A stretch of DNA of 64,000 bases, taken from assembly GCF_006345805.1 (NCBI RefSeq), contig NC_043012.1, positions 9,114,001 through 9,178,000 of the forward strand. Direction: 5' to 3'. Origin of the DNA: Octopus sinensis (taxonomy: Eukaryota). The translations under genes and the position numbers were made by a program. The notes under the pieces are model-generated. The model was given only the letters and a program-made list of their open reading frames with translations, was not told where the DNA came from and made no database searches. Position 1 is the stretch's first letter. Every line of letters starts with the position of its first letter. Below, one piece after another: positions 1-11,698 of this stretch.

Positions 1-600
1 GTCTGAAAGGATTAGAGACAAACACTTTCCTCTCTGGTCAATCTCTCATCAACTTCTTCAAGTATCACTTGAAGAAAAAAGTGAGAGTAGAGAGGCAAGT
101 TTTGTCTAGTGAATGTTTTAAAAAAAGATGGGTGAATGTAGCAAGGATGGCACGTATGAATGACGAAGCCACCTTGACTATGATTCTATGAACCGTAAAA
201 ATTAATACAGAGAGTTGCTTATTTGCAAAAAAAAAAAAGAAATATAACATGTGACTTCATTGACCGAGGTTACCGTGGTCTTTTCCGTAGGCTTTTCTTT
301 CCACGGGTAAACCTCACCTGTCCTCCCCTTTACACTTCATATTGACATTTCTGTGATAACGATCCCTATTGATCAATTTTTTTTCCTCTCCCCCCCTTTT
401 TTTAACCCCCCCTTTTTTTGTCCTCTTTCTCTCCTTTTACGATCCCTTTTGATCGACCCCCCCTTTTTTATTTTATTTTATTTTTTATTTTATTATTATT
501 ATTATTATTTTTTAATTTTTTTTTTAAACCTTCAAAAGAAAAGCTCTACCTTGTAATTTGTTCTATCTGTGTGCAGCCCTGTGTGGCTAATAAAGAAACA
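1..600 (+). mobile_element. 3' end of a Tx1/L1-like LINE (ORF2 end plus 3' UTR)
   Basis: ORF2-like end, about 400 nt of pyrimidine-rich UTR, AATAAA at 589-594, then directly a (TATC)n array. Confidence 0.5.
3..191 (+). pseudogene. C-terminal end of ORF2 of a Tx1/L1-clade-like non-LTR retrotransposon, running in from the window edge
   Basis: Frame +3 reads LKGLETNTFLSGQSLINFFKYHLKKKVRVERQVLSSECFKKRWVNVARMARMNDEATLTMIL* (stop 189-191). The R-x-E...F-x-x-RW...L* ending resembles Tx1-type ORF2 C-termini (recalled pattern). Confidence 0.55.
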
Positions 601-662
<62 letters not shown>

Positions 663-687
663 CCTACCTGTCTATCTATCTATCTAC

Positions 688-754
<67 letters not shown>

Positions 755-758
755 CCTG

Positions 759-818
<60 letters not shown>
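601..818. repeat. (TATC)n microsatellite
   Basis: Directly visible tetranucleotide array with a few CTAC/CTGT variants. Confidence 0.98.
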
Positions 819-819
<1 letters not shown>

Positions 820-2037
820 AACTATATATAACTACGCAATTGTGTGTATATGTCATTATGCCAATATAATTAACACACGCACACTGGTTCAATACCACTC
901 ATTGATTAAATATCCGTTTTTTTGTTGCTTTTTTTGCACAGTGTTTTATGTATATACATATATGTGTGTGTATGTATATCTACCAACAGATATATACATA
1001 CACATTCAGATAGATATTTATGATACAGATATGTTTGTATATATATATGTATATGTACACACATAAGTATAATAGTACATTCATATGCACGTATGTTAAA
1101 ATACATATATATATAAAAATAGATGCTATTTGAATAAGACGCTGCTCGCGGTATTCCACAAGCTCGAAATCTCCGCCATTACTAAATACGCTAATTCGGT
1201 AATTATATTGTTGTGTAAATTTGTCCAAGATAATTTGACAAATATATTCCGCAGCTGATGTTGCTATGGGAAAACTCCAGCATTATGTTTGGTTTCAAGC
1301 TGTGTTGAGTTAAGGCGCCAAATAACGGTAGCGACAATACGCGCGATGGCGATAGATGTGTTGATGATAAGGATGATGATGCTGATCAGGATGACGAAGA
1401 TAGTGCCTATGATGATGATGATGATGAAGGTCGTGATGAGGAAAAGGATGTTGGTGGTGATAGAAGTAGTGGTGAAATTAAAGATAAATGCTGCTGCTGA
1501 TTGTGGTGGTGGTGGTGGTGGTGATGATAATGATGATGGTGATAGACAAAATGATATCGGTGGAGAAATTTTAAAGGCGACGAGTTACTCTCTATGTATT
1601 CGAATAAAATATTTGTATTGAACCATTTGTTATTACATAACCCTCCTTTTTGAGAGACACAATGAATTTAAAGAATTATTTAGGATAAACTTATGAAAAA
1701 TTTTCTTCTTCAAAATCGTTTTTATTTTTAGTTAGTCGTCCTTCTTGGTATTTTTCTTGAAATTCATAATGATTATCATTAATCAGCATCGAATTAAACC
1801 AAATCCTTCTAGCTACTTTGTTTTACGTGAATCATATGCATTAGTTATTTTGAAAATCTTAAATATTTTATTTGTTTGGCAGTTATTGTAACCATCGTAA
1901 TGAATGATTTACCAGTTTTTATTTCAGTGGCTGATTAGTTATTCCAATTTCATTTTATATCTGTAGGAGTTATGGTAAACTTAAAGGATTCACAGATTGT
2001 AGTTTCTGTTAACTGACTGCTACAGATAGATAAACAT

Positions 2038-2340
2038 CGCCCTTTTTCAAGCCTAGCCAGGCTCATCGGCCCGGTTTCCCGGTTTCTGTGGCGTACGGTT
2101 TCCCCTCACCTGGACGGGACGCCAGTCCATCGCAGCGTTACTCAAGAAACAGGAAGAGAGAGTGAGAGAAAGTTGTGTCGAAAGAGTACAACAGCAGTCG
2201 CCACCCACCCCCTGCCGGGGCCTCGTGGAGCTTTTAGGTGTTTTCGCTCAATAAACACACACAAAGCCCGGTCTGGGAATCGAAACCGCGATCTTCCGAC
2301 CGCGAGCCCGCTGCCCTAACCACTGGGCCATTGCGCCTCC
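2038..2340 (-). mobile_element. tRNA-derived SINE, head type A, full length
   Basis: Minus strand starts GGAGGCGCAATGGCCCAGTGGTTAGGG (A box) and contains GGTTTCGATTCC (B box). Ends CCGGGAAACCGGGCCGATGAGCCTGGCTAGGCTTGAAAAAGGGCG. Homologous copies at 4.9, 9.0, 10.7 and 42.4 kb. Confidence 0.9.
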
Positions 2341-3503
2341 ACTGTCTCTGCTGCTTCAAGCGTTGTTGTCTTCGCCACCGTCGCCGTTGCCGTTGTCATT
2401 GTAGTTGTTGTTGTTGGCGTCGTCGACAGCAGCGCATGAAACAGCAGAGACAACTTTGCGGCCAGAAATGGCTGCTACGCCAGCAACAGCGGAACCACCA
2501 GAATCACGTCCTGAAATATCAGTACCGGCAGCGACTCCAGCAATAGCAACAATAACATCAGATTCAGAGTTAACGAAAGAAACATCGGTGGTGATAGCAC
2601 ATCTAATACACAGACACGAAAACAAGTCAGTTCAACCGCATCCACGTTTAAGCAAAGTCTGAACAGCCTCACGTCTCCTGTTAGGACACTGGAAAGGCAC
2701 AATATCCCGTCCCTGGCCAGTCGCGTATGGCGCTAAAAAGAAGAAGGAACTCATACATAATTAAATGGAGGCTCCTTCAACAACAAAAAAACGCTTGTAT
2801 AAACGGGGACCAAACGATGTCAGTTTTGTTTGGCTGAAAATGTAAGAATCCTAAAAGACTCTCTCGATCCGAGGACCTGTTTAAACTTCAGGAAAGAAAC
2901 GGTTCCTACTTCAGGCTTAGCATTCCCGATTCGTTGAATAGTCTCACCACAGTTCCTTCGAATGCCGGAGCCGATGTAAACGAGATAACTCCGTCCTCGC
3001 CGCAGCGCAGACAATTATTTTTTCGTTTACAAAAGCAGCTAACCGTTACGTATTTCTTCATCCAGTCGTAGAGAGGTTATATGCTTTCAGCCATTTGAGT
3101 CTAACGAGTCCCCAATACTGCTACAGTACACTAAAATGAAATATTACGGTTATTTTCTTTTATTTTTCTTAAATTTTTATAAAAGAACTGCAGTATATTT
3201 AATATCTTAATCTCGATTCTTTATATTAATCCTTCTTATTTACTACTTTCCTAAATATATTTCCAGGTATATACATATCTTTAGTTGCTTCGACTTAGAA
3301 ATTAACGAACATTTATCTACATAATTCAGTATATATCTATTTATTTACTTATTTTCTAACCCACTTATGAGCGAATATATCCATTAAAAATTCATTCGCT
3401 TCTAATATTCCTCTTGTGTTTTTCAGTTTATCCCCAGAAGATAATAACCATGGACTTTAACTTTTTAGCTTCAATAAGAACGAAATAAAATTGGTTTTAT
3501 GAC

Positions 3504-3560
3504 AGCGAGCGTGGGAGCCGAAAAGACGTCATCGGCTCGTTCGCTTGTAACCATAGAAAT
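3504..3560. promoter_or_regulatory. CpG-containing hairpin with CRE-like loop and X-box-like motif (possible promoter element)
   Basis: AGCGAGC..GAGCCGA / TCGGCTC.GTTCGCT inverted repeat with GACGTCA in the loop. GTAACCATAGAAAT at 3547-3560. Strong donor CCG|GTGAGT at 3708/3709. Confidence 0.3.
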
Positions 3561-3850
3561 TTAGCAGCCAAAAAGTCTGTTGTTAGGTGAAAGCTAAGTA
3601 TTTCAAAGAAAAAAAAAAATGTATACCCATTGAAAAAACTATACTGCGGACGTAAATAAGCATGTTTTGAAAAAGAAGAAAATAAGAAATATAGGCAAGC
3701 AACAACCGGTGAGTGTGTTTATAGGCTTAATTAATTATTACTTTTCCCTAATATAACAATAAATTGCTTTCCGTGTCCTTTAAAATCACTGTATTTAATT
3801 AAGTAAAATCATTCTACTAATGATATCTAGCGATTATATAAAACCACGTT

Positions 3851-4076
3851 TAAGGCAACGAGCTGGCAGAAACGTTAGCACGCCGGGCGAAATGCTTAGC
3901 CGTATTTCGTCTGCCGTTACGTTCTGGGTTCAAATTCCGCCGAGGTCGACTTTGCCTTTCAGGGCCGATAAATTAAGTACCAGTTACGCACTGGGGTCGA
4001 TGTAATTGACTTAATCCGTTTGTCTGTCCTTGTTTGTCACCTCTGTGTTTAGCCCCTTTGTGGGTAGTAAAGAAAT
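3851..4076 (+). mobile_element. tRNA-derived SINE, head type C
   Basis: AAGGC..GAGCTGGCAGAAACGTTAGC head, GGTTCAAATTCC B box, 3' end TTAGCCCCTTTGTGGGTAGTAAAGAAAT. Homologues at 23.2, 38.0-38.4, 45.3 and 55.4 kb. Confidence 0.9.
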
Positions 4077-4910
4077 ATATATAAAACTGCGTTAATGTTC
4101 ACAATTCTTACATTTACTAGTTTACTAAATACACATCAATTACATGTTAAACATTAACACCAACTTTTTTTCATCTTGGATAAGAAACATGAATGCAATT
4201 ATTTTCAATGTTTTTACATAAGCAGACAAAACCATTTCACTTATGAATTATATTACTTTTTCCTGTCTTAGACAATTACTTTTACTTTTACACTTATTCC
4301 AATTTCCAATTATAAAGCCAGCTGTTCACTTTATTGCTTCTCTCACACTTTTTTCATTTTGAGATGTTGTCTACTATTCTATTATATTCCCGGGGTTCTC
4401 CTAACTGTAGTTTCTTATCTTCAGCATCTTTATAAAATCGACATCTCTGTTCATTTGAAACTTGTTCTGTATATTTACCCAACCTAGTCCCTTAGCCTTA
4501 CCAAACCCCTAAATCCACATGTATATTTATATAATGGCACTTCTGCATAATATTGTGAATATTGTTTTGCATTAGATCCTCAACTCTTTATTGAGTCATA
4601 TGAGTGCTGTGGTCTTCTTCTTCTTCCGATCAGGACTCACGCCATTAGCCACAAAGAATAATCTCTAATTCGAGCCTACTCTAAGCTACTAAGAATGCGT
4701 AAAGCAACTTGAAGATCCACCCACCACAGGCGATAGACTGGCGGTTGCACGGGTGCGAAAGCTACGTTGTTATCCTCATTCCGTAAACGGTGGCTTTTAA
4801 CGGGTGGAAAGCTGAACCATCCTGGGGTACAGAGGATTCGCAATCTAGACTAGGGTCTGAAAGCTTATCACACCATAGTGGGTTGCACCATGGTTCCTCT
4901 GCTTTGTGAC

Positions 4911-5100
4911 AGAAGTAGGAAGAGAGAGTGAGAGAAAGTTGTGGTGAAAGAGTACAGCGGGATTCACCCCCCACCGCCCGAGCCTCGTGGAGCTTAGGTG
5001 TTTTTGCTCAATAAATACTCACAATGCCCGGTCTGGGAATCGAAACTGCGTTCTTACGTCCGCGATTCCGCTGCCCTAACCAATGGGCTATTGCGCCTCC
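4911..5100 (-). mobile_element. SINE type A, 5' portion
   Basis: Clear homology to 2150-2340. Confidence 0.85.
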
Positions 5101-6045
5101 GCGGTGCTGTGGTTAATTGAGGCGAGCCTTGGGTATTTTTATACAAGCAGAACCTACCACTCTCAAGGTCTCACCACAACCAATTTCTTCCAGAAAGAGA
5201 AAGACAGACGAACAGAAGTACGAGAGAGAGAGAAGTCTCGACAGCAGAGGACTGGTACTTTATTTTATCAACTCTGAAAGAATGAATAAAAAAGATGATC
5301 GTGATGAAATTTGAACTCGGAGAATAGAGAGGAGGAACGCTTACTACAAAGCAATCTATCTGACGTTATGACTCTACCGACACTGTGGCTAGTCGATAAA
5401 CAAAACTTGTCAGTGTTCAGAAATTTCAGTGAAAGCCTGACGAAAAAACTCCATAATTCTTTGAGTAAGTATTGTTTCAATTTCCGAAATTCTAGGTAAA
5501 TTGTCTTGAAAAATGTGTAGAAATATGTCTTGCTTGGTCTTCTAACATTAACTGTACAAGGGAAAACAATAATTAAATATCTAAATATTTTCTGTAAGCA
5601 CAAAATATTTTCTGTTTTACATGCAAATTTTCTTGCATATTTGAATAAAGAATAGAACAATTTCCATTTTTATGCTCTTGTAAATTTAATAGCGTTTAAA
5701 TTTTGGAAAAAAACATGCCACGCACGTGTTTTAGGAATAAGTTAACTTTAATTAAACATATTTAACAGGTGTAATATATTTCACTCTGTACAACGACAAC
5801 AGGGAGACTGAACTATATTCAACAATCAAGATGGTTGCCAAAAAGAATAAAAAAACACACCGTAATGACTTGTTGGTGGGAAGTTTACTAAAATTGCTCA
5901 AACGGTGCCATCTAATGATATTGGCATCAATCTAATTCTTAAGCTGCGCTGGAAATTAGGCAGGTAAACAGAGAGATAACCTCTGGAAATAATACATAAT
6001 TATTGCTTGATTGAAAAACCGAAATAATTACCATAATTACCTGTC

Positions 6046-6248
6046 AGGCGTAGGAATGGCTGTGTGGTAAGTAGCTAGGCGTAGGAGTGGCTGTGCGGTA
6101 AGTAGCTTGCTTACGAACCACATGGTTCCGGGTTTCGTCCCACTGTGTGGCACCTTGGGCAAGTGTCTTCTACTATAGCATCGGACCGACCAAAGCCTTG
6201 TGAGTGGATTTGGTAGACGGAAACTGAAAGAAACCCGTCGTATATATG

Positions 6249-6279
<31 letters not shown>

Positions 6280-6520
6280 GTATATGTGTGTGTATATGTG
6301 TGTGTATATGTTTGTGTGCCTGTGTTTGTCCCCCCAACATCGCTTGACAATCGATGCTGGTGTGTTTACGTCCCCGTAACTTAGCGGTTCGGCAAAAGTG
6401 ACCGATAGAGTAAGTACTAGGCTTACAAAGAATAAATCCTGGGGTGAATTTGGTCGACTAAAGGCGGTGCTTCAGCATTGCCACAGTCAAATGACTGAAA
6501 CAAGTAAAAGAGTAAAAAAG
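6046..6520 (+). mobile_element. tRNA-derived SINE, head type D, full length with a 31-bp head duplication
   Basis: AGGCGTAGGAGTGGCTGTG.GGTAAGTAGCT repeated at 6046-6076 and 6077-6107. CACCTTGGGCAAGTGTCTT core, internal (TA/TG)n, tail GGCGGTGC..CAGCA..GCCACAGTCAAATGACTGAAACAAGTAAAAGAG. Confidence 0.9.
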
Positions 6521-7089
6521 TATATCTAACACAATTCCTCCAATACAGTAAAAATAGCAACAGACTTTACTAACACTGTTCTAGTCACTCTAACATAGGA
6601 TAGAATTCTAAAGCGGAAGAAATCGAAGATAGTTCACGTCGTCATAAACAATTGGTCCAGTCAATTCGTAGGAGAGTTTTCGGGGCATCTGGCAGTTTGG
6701 AGAGAAGGAAAGAATGAAAGATGATATCTCCAATCCAGAGATCTGGACAGAATGTTTCCTACAGATTGGGCTGTGCTAAAGGTAACCGAGATAGTGGCGG
6801 ACTGAGTCCGCCATTCACGTAGACAACGGCGCGATTTCATCTCAAAATACGAACTGAAAGAAATGAGAATTCCATTTTATAACTTTGTTTATCGATCTCA
6901 GTAGGCTAAAGGCGCGTACATGTAGGGATTGGAGGAGTAATGTGGGAGCTGTGGAGGGACAGAGGTCTTAGCATGTGTGTGTGGATGGGGGTGAGAGAGA
7001 GGAGAAAGACATGGACAAGTGAACTAAGAGAGTGTGGTGGGGAGAAATCTAGAATTGGTTGGGTCGGTAGAAAGGTCAATACCTCAACC

Positions 7090-7360
7090 CAAACAAAAGA
7101 GGAAATATAACCAAGGCTTAGATGTGGTTAAATGGGACAAAATTACAGATTCAAAGCTCAGGAAAATTTCTGTTTTTTTTTCATGGAGAGGAGTATGTGC
7201 AAGGGCAAGACTTCGGATTACGATGTCTGATAGTAGAGAACAGGGGTGGGTATGCAAAGTGAGAGCAGATGAGTAAGTAATTAGAGTGAGACTGTCCGAC
7301 TGATGGCTCAGACTCGACGAAGAGCAGCGTCCAATTTCGCCTTACATCTCTATCGTATAC
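7090..7360 (-). pseudogene. Highly degenerate Penelope-like GIY-YIG endonuclease relic
   Basis: Minus strand reads M*GEIGRCSSSSLSHQ...HTHPCSLLSDIVIRSL...FESVILSHLTTSKP. This parallels YIGETGR..R..EH...H..SD..V..L...E..LI..L.T..P of PLE endonucleases. Confidence 0.45.
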
Positions 7361-7491
7361 ACTGACTCCTCTTGGTAAACCTTTGCAGTATTCCTTTTGA
7401 TGTTATTTGACGATGCGCTCGAGTAAATCTAACGACACGTTTGTTATCCTGCTCCCCACTTATTTACACTCTCTTTTCTGTTCTTTTATTA

Positions 7492-7989
7492 CCGTAAATC
7501 CTCGAGTATAGTCGCCCTTGAGTATAATACGCAGGGGATTTTTAGGGGGCTGTACCTCTGAAAAACCAAAACCTTGTGTATAATACGCACCACTTCTCTA
7601 ACTTGAATCGTGCGTAATTAAGCCAGCAGCACCTAGTCGAACAAACACTTCCGCGCATGCATAATACAATAATGGGAATGTAAGTATGTTTGCAAATTGG
7701 TTTTGTTACATGTTATTCTGTGTTCTGAATACTTTTATTTTAATAAATGTTGCTTACTGCAAGTTATGGATGATTCTTTTATGACTTCATTGCTTTCAGG
7801 CTTAGCTTAAGGTATTTTCGCTCCCGACATCACAAAATGCCTCTGAATAAACATTGCCGGACATCAAATAGAGACTCGGACATTGCTTAGAAAATATTTT
7901 TCATTTTTAACCTCGTATATAGTACGCACTAGAGATTTTGACCTTTAAATTTTGGGAAAAATATGCGGATTATATTTGAGGATTTACGG
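7492..7989. mobile_element. Tc1/mariner-superfamily (Tc2/pogo-like) MITE
   Basis: Left end CCGTAAATCCTCGAGTATA, right end TATATTTGAGGATTTACGG (imperfect TIR). TA on both sides (7490-7491, 7990-7991). No transposase ORF. Confidence 0.85.
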
Positions 7990-8989
7990 TATATCATTCC
8001 TTTAAATCATTGACAAAACTATTTTATGCCCTATTTTGTTGTCTCTTCTCTCCACCCTTTACTTACTTGTTGAAAGGTGCGTACCCTTTCTATTTTCTTT
8101 GCTTAGACGGTATCCAGTCTTTTGTAACACGAGGAATCATGACAATAAGTGAAAAAAAATGTTACTTCAAATACAAGCATTATCAATGTTTATGAAGTGG
8201 AAAGAAATGATGCGATTGTGTTTCAATGATGATTAACTGCCAAAAGCGGCGGAATATCGCTTCGATGCTGATCGGTTATTGAGTGTGAAGTACCAAAATT
8301 TATATTTAGTCTCACTAAGCAAAGTTTTATTTGTTGCTTGTTAGTTAATCATCTGTTTTAGTGTCTTGAACAATAAAATATTTGAAGATGACTTTAAAAA
8401 TAGCTATAAACAGGAAAATGGCATAAAGCCAACAAAACAACGACTGTGTAAGAAAGTGTCTAGAATTTTGCCGTCTTCGCATGTAATACGGGAAATGAAA
8501 AAAGCCGAAGTTGTAGAGATACAACGAAGAGGTAGTAATTGAAGATGGTATTAGCTTGGTTATTGTAAAAAACATTCGTTACCTTAAGGGAGCAGATACA
8601 GTAGAGTTATATGGAAAGCGTACATTTAAAAGAGAAGGATAATAAAAGTAAATAAAAAAATGTAAGTTGTATGAATATGTAAGTAACGAACCAAGTGGAG
8701 AGAGAAAATAAAATAGGGAAATGAGAAAAGGGAAAGAGAGATAATTGTATTAACGTTTGCATGTGGGTTGAAGAAAAAGGGAAGGAAAAAGGGTCCGACA
8801 AAGGCAGAAGGCTGTAAAATGGTTGATTAGTATATAATGTTAACGTGAAATTTCTTCTAATGAAAGTAGATAAATATAGATTGGTATAATCAAAAGATAA
8901 GAGGGTTCAGAGAGGATATTTCAAGTAGCCTGTCTGAAGTTTCTTTATACGATCTTCCTGTGATAAAATATTGTTTGTTGTTGTTTGTT

Positions 8990-9270
8990 CCTTCACGAGC
9001 TACGCCCGGCTCATAAGACCGGTTTTCCGGTTTCCTTGGCGTATAGGTTCCCCAACCTGGACGGTACGCCGGTCCGTCGCAAGTGAGCTGCAAGATGCAG
9101 GAAGAAAGAGTGAGAGAAAGTTGTGGCGAAAGAGTCAGCAGAAGTTCGCCATTACCTCGTGGAGCTTAGGTGTTTCGCTCATAAACACACACATCGCCCG
9201 GTTTGAGATTCGAACCCACGATCCCTCGACCGCGAGTCCGCTGCTCTAACCACTAGGCCATGTGCCTTCA
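8990..9270 (-). mobile_element. SINE type A (diverged)
   Basis: Homologous to 2038-2340 including the CCGGAAAACCGG tail. Confidence 0.85.
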
Positions 9271-9390
9271 CGTGATAAAATATACTGCAGCCGAAATTGG
9301 TGAGGTATATTGAAATGAGGCAGAATGCAAATTTTTATATTTATAGAAGCACAACTTCAAGCAGATAGTATAATAGAGGATGTAAGACGA

Positions 9391-9600
9391 GGAGCGGGCA
9401 GAATCGGTGGCACGCCGGGCAAAATACTTAGCGGCATTTCGTCCTTCTTTACATTCTGTTGAGTTCAAATTCTGTTGAGGACAACTTTGTCTTCCGTCCT
9501 TTCGCAGTCGATAAAATAAGTACCAGTTGAATGCTGGGGATCGATGTAAACGACTTACCACTCCTCTGGACTTGCTGGTCTTGTTCCAAAATTTGAAACC
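9391..9600 (+). mobile_element. SINE type C-related
   Basis: GGCAGAATCG..GCACGCCGGGCAAAATACTTAGCGGCATTTCGTC..GAGTTCAAATTC..AATAAGTACCAGTT. Confidence 0.8.
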
Positions 9601-9888
9601 AATTTGATACTGGATGTAGCAAAGCATGTGAGATGAAACTCTTTTGTAAGCATGACTAACTTGATGGTTAAATTTGAGGTTTGTAGTGAACCGAATAATA
9701 GAAGAATAATTAAAAATTGTTATTGTGTTTGATTTAGAAAAAGATAAACCAACAATTTCATCGAAATTAAAGTGCCTCTCCATCTACAAGAACTTGGTGT
9801 AATACGATATAAGCCATGGATTTCTTGTGCAGTATAGCACCAATGGTTGTTGAGCCTGTTAATTCAATTGAATAATAAAATAAATAAA

Positions 9889-10136
9889 TGCGCCTTTTTA
9901 AAGCCTAGCCAGGCTCATAGGCCCGGTTTCCCGGTTTCCATGGCGTATGCGTTCCCCAGCTGGACGGGACGCCAGTCCACCGCAGCGTTACTCATTTTTG
10001 CCAGCTGAGTGGACTGGAGCAACGTGAAATGAAGTGTTTTGCTCAAGAACACAACGCATCGCCCGGTCCAGGAATCGAAACCACAATCTTACGATCATGG
10101 TGCTGACACCCTAACCACTAAGCCACGCGCCTCCAC
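9889..10136 (-). mobile_element. tRNA-derived SINE, head type B with the type-A tail
   Basis: Minus head GGAGGCGCGTGGCTTAGTGGTTAGGG..GGTTTCGATTCC, body GTTCTTGAGCAAAACACTT..CACTCAGCTGGCAAAAATGAG. Tail shared with 2038-2130. GAATAATAA flanks both sides (9870-9878, 10141-10149). Confidence 0.9.
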
Positions 10137-10676
10137 AAAAGAATAATAACATTAACATAATTAAACCGTTTCGATTGCTTCTTCGAGGTTCCACGTATCA
10201 GCGCCAGTAAGACTCTGAGTGATGGCATAAATAATAAAAGTCGGAGGAATCATGCATCCCCATGGTTCCATGCACCAATGAATAAGCTTCCAACTGAATT
10301 CTGTCAAGTAAGTTATCTAATCTAAAATATGAATAGAATATTCCTCAAGCAGGGCGTTTTGCACGGTTGCTGCAGGAGGGACAATATCAAAAGTCGCAAT
10401 CAAATCGAGAAAAATTACACAGATTGGATTTTCTTTCAAGATGAGACGACAGTTGATTCATAAATCGAGTGAGCTGAGGTTGAGCGGCGAGTTAAATCTT
10501 GAAATTGAACGGAGCGAATCTGGCTTTTAGAACACACGAAATCCAAAATGTTGTCATTGACCAGACACCAGCAGTTTGGTAGCAACTTACGGAACTGAAG
10601 CTATTAAGATCGTAATAATCAGATTTTTTTTGTCGATTGATCACACAGAAGCAGTGTTCCATTCTGCAGGAATTAT

Positions 10677-10981
10677 CACGTGATCACGTGACCGACCAGA
10701 CCATCAGATGTTGTTACACATCGCTGGTTACAATGCGTTCGCATTGTTTTAGCCTTCGAATGACGCCACCCCGCTGGCTAAGCGAGCAGTCCAACAGAAG
10801 AAAGAGTGGGAGAAAGAGTGGTGAAAGAGTACAGCAGGGATCACCACCCCCTGCCGGAGCCTCGTGGAGCTTTTAGGTGTTTTCGCTCAATAAACGCTCA
10901 CAACGCCCGGTCTGGGAATCGAAACCGCGATCCTGCGACCGCGAGTTCGCTGCCCTAACCACTTGGCCATTCCGCCTCCAC
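10677..10981 (-). mobile_element. SINE with type-A head and an alternative tail, with an 11-bp target site duplication
   Basis: GCAGGAATTAT at 10666-10676 and 10982-10992. Head homologous to 2150-2340 but the 3' part is different (..GGTCTGGTCGGTCACGTGATCACGTG). Confidence 0.9.
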
Positions 10982-11280
10982 GCAGGAATTATACATTGAT
11001 TAATTGACTGGCAGAATAATAAAAGTAGCAACGTAAGAAACCACGTGGAATAGAGCTTTGAATTCCATCTGCCTTAGTTGACTGGGAGCAGTCAAGCGAG
11101 CGTAAAATTTTATCTTTATCCTGAACGAAAATGTTTATCAGTACGGCAAGGAATTCCAGAAACGCATGCTACTACTGATTTGGGAGAGTTCTTAAAAGAA
11201 AATTAATTATTATGGAGATTAACCTTTATACATATATGGATCTATGTTGCCAATGCTTTCTAGACTAACCAAAGAATGTA

Positions 11281-11524
11281 CTCTTTTACTCTTTTTACTC
11301 TTCAACTTGTTTCAGCCATTTGACTGCGGCCATGCTGGAGAACCGCCTTTAGTCGAGCAAATTGACCCCAGGACTTATTCTTTGTAAGCCTAGTATTTAT
11401 TCTATCGGTTTCTTTTGCCGAACCGCTAAGTTACGGGGACGTAAACACACCAGCATCGGTTGTCAAGCGATGTTGGGGGGAGGGACAAACACAGACACAC
11501 AAACATATACACATACATACATAT

Positions 11525-11557
<33 letters not shown>

Positions 11558-11698
11558 TATATGTCAAATCCACTCACAAGGCTTTGGTCGGCCCGAGGCT
11601 ATAGTAGAAGACACTTGCCCAAGGCGCCATATAGTGGGAATGAACCCAGAACCATGTGGTTGGTAAGCAAGCTACTTACCACACAGCCACTTCTGCGC
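11281..11698 (-). mobile_element. SINE type D, full length
   Basis: Reverse-complement homologue of 6077-6520. Confidence 0.9.

Noticed and set aside
1289-1621. 110-aa Met/Val/Gly/Asp-rich ORF
   Set aside because: Degenerate (GAT)n/(GGT)n low-complexity sequence with no domain or splice support.
5311-5464. Exon NSENREEERLLQSNL..KLHNSL with strong donor A|GTAAGT
   Set aside because: Good donor but no convincing acceptor or start, and no recognisable family. Left unannotated.
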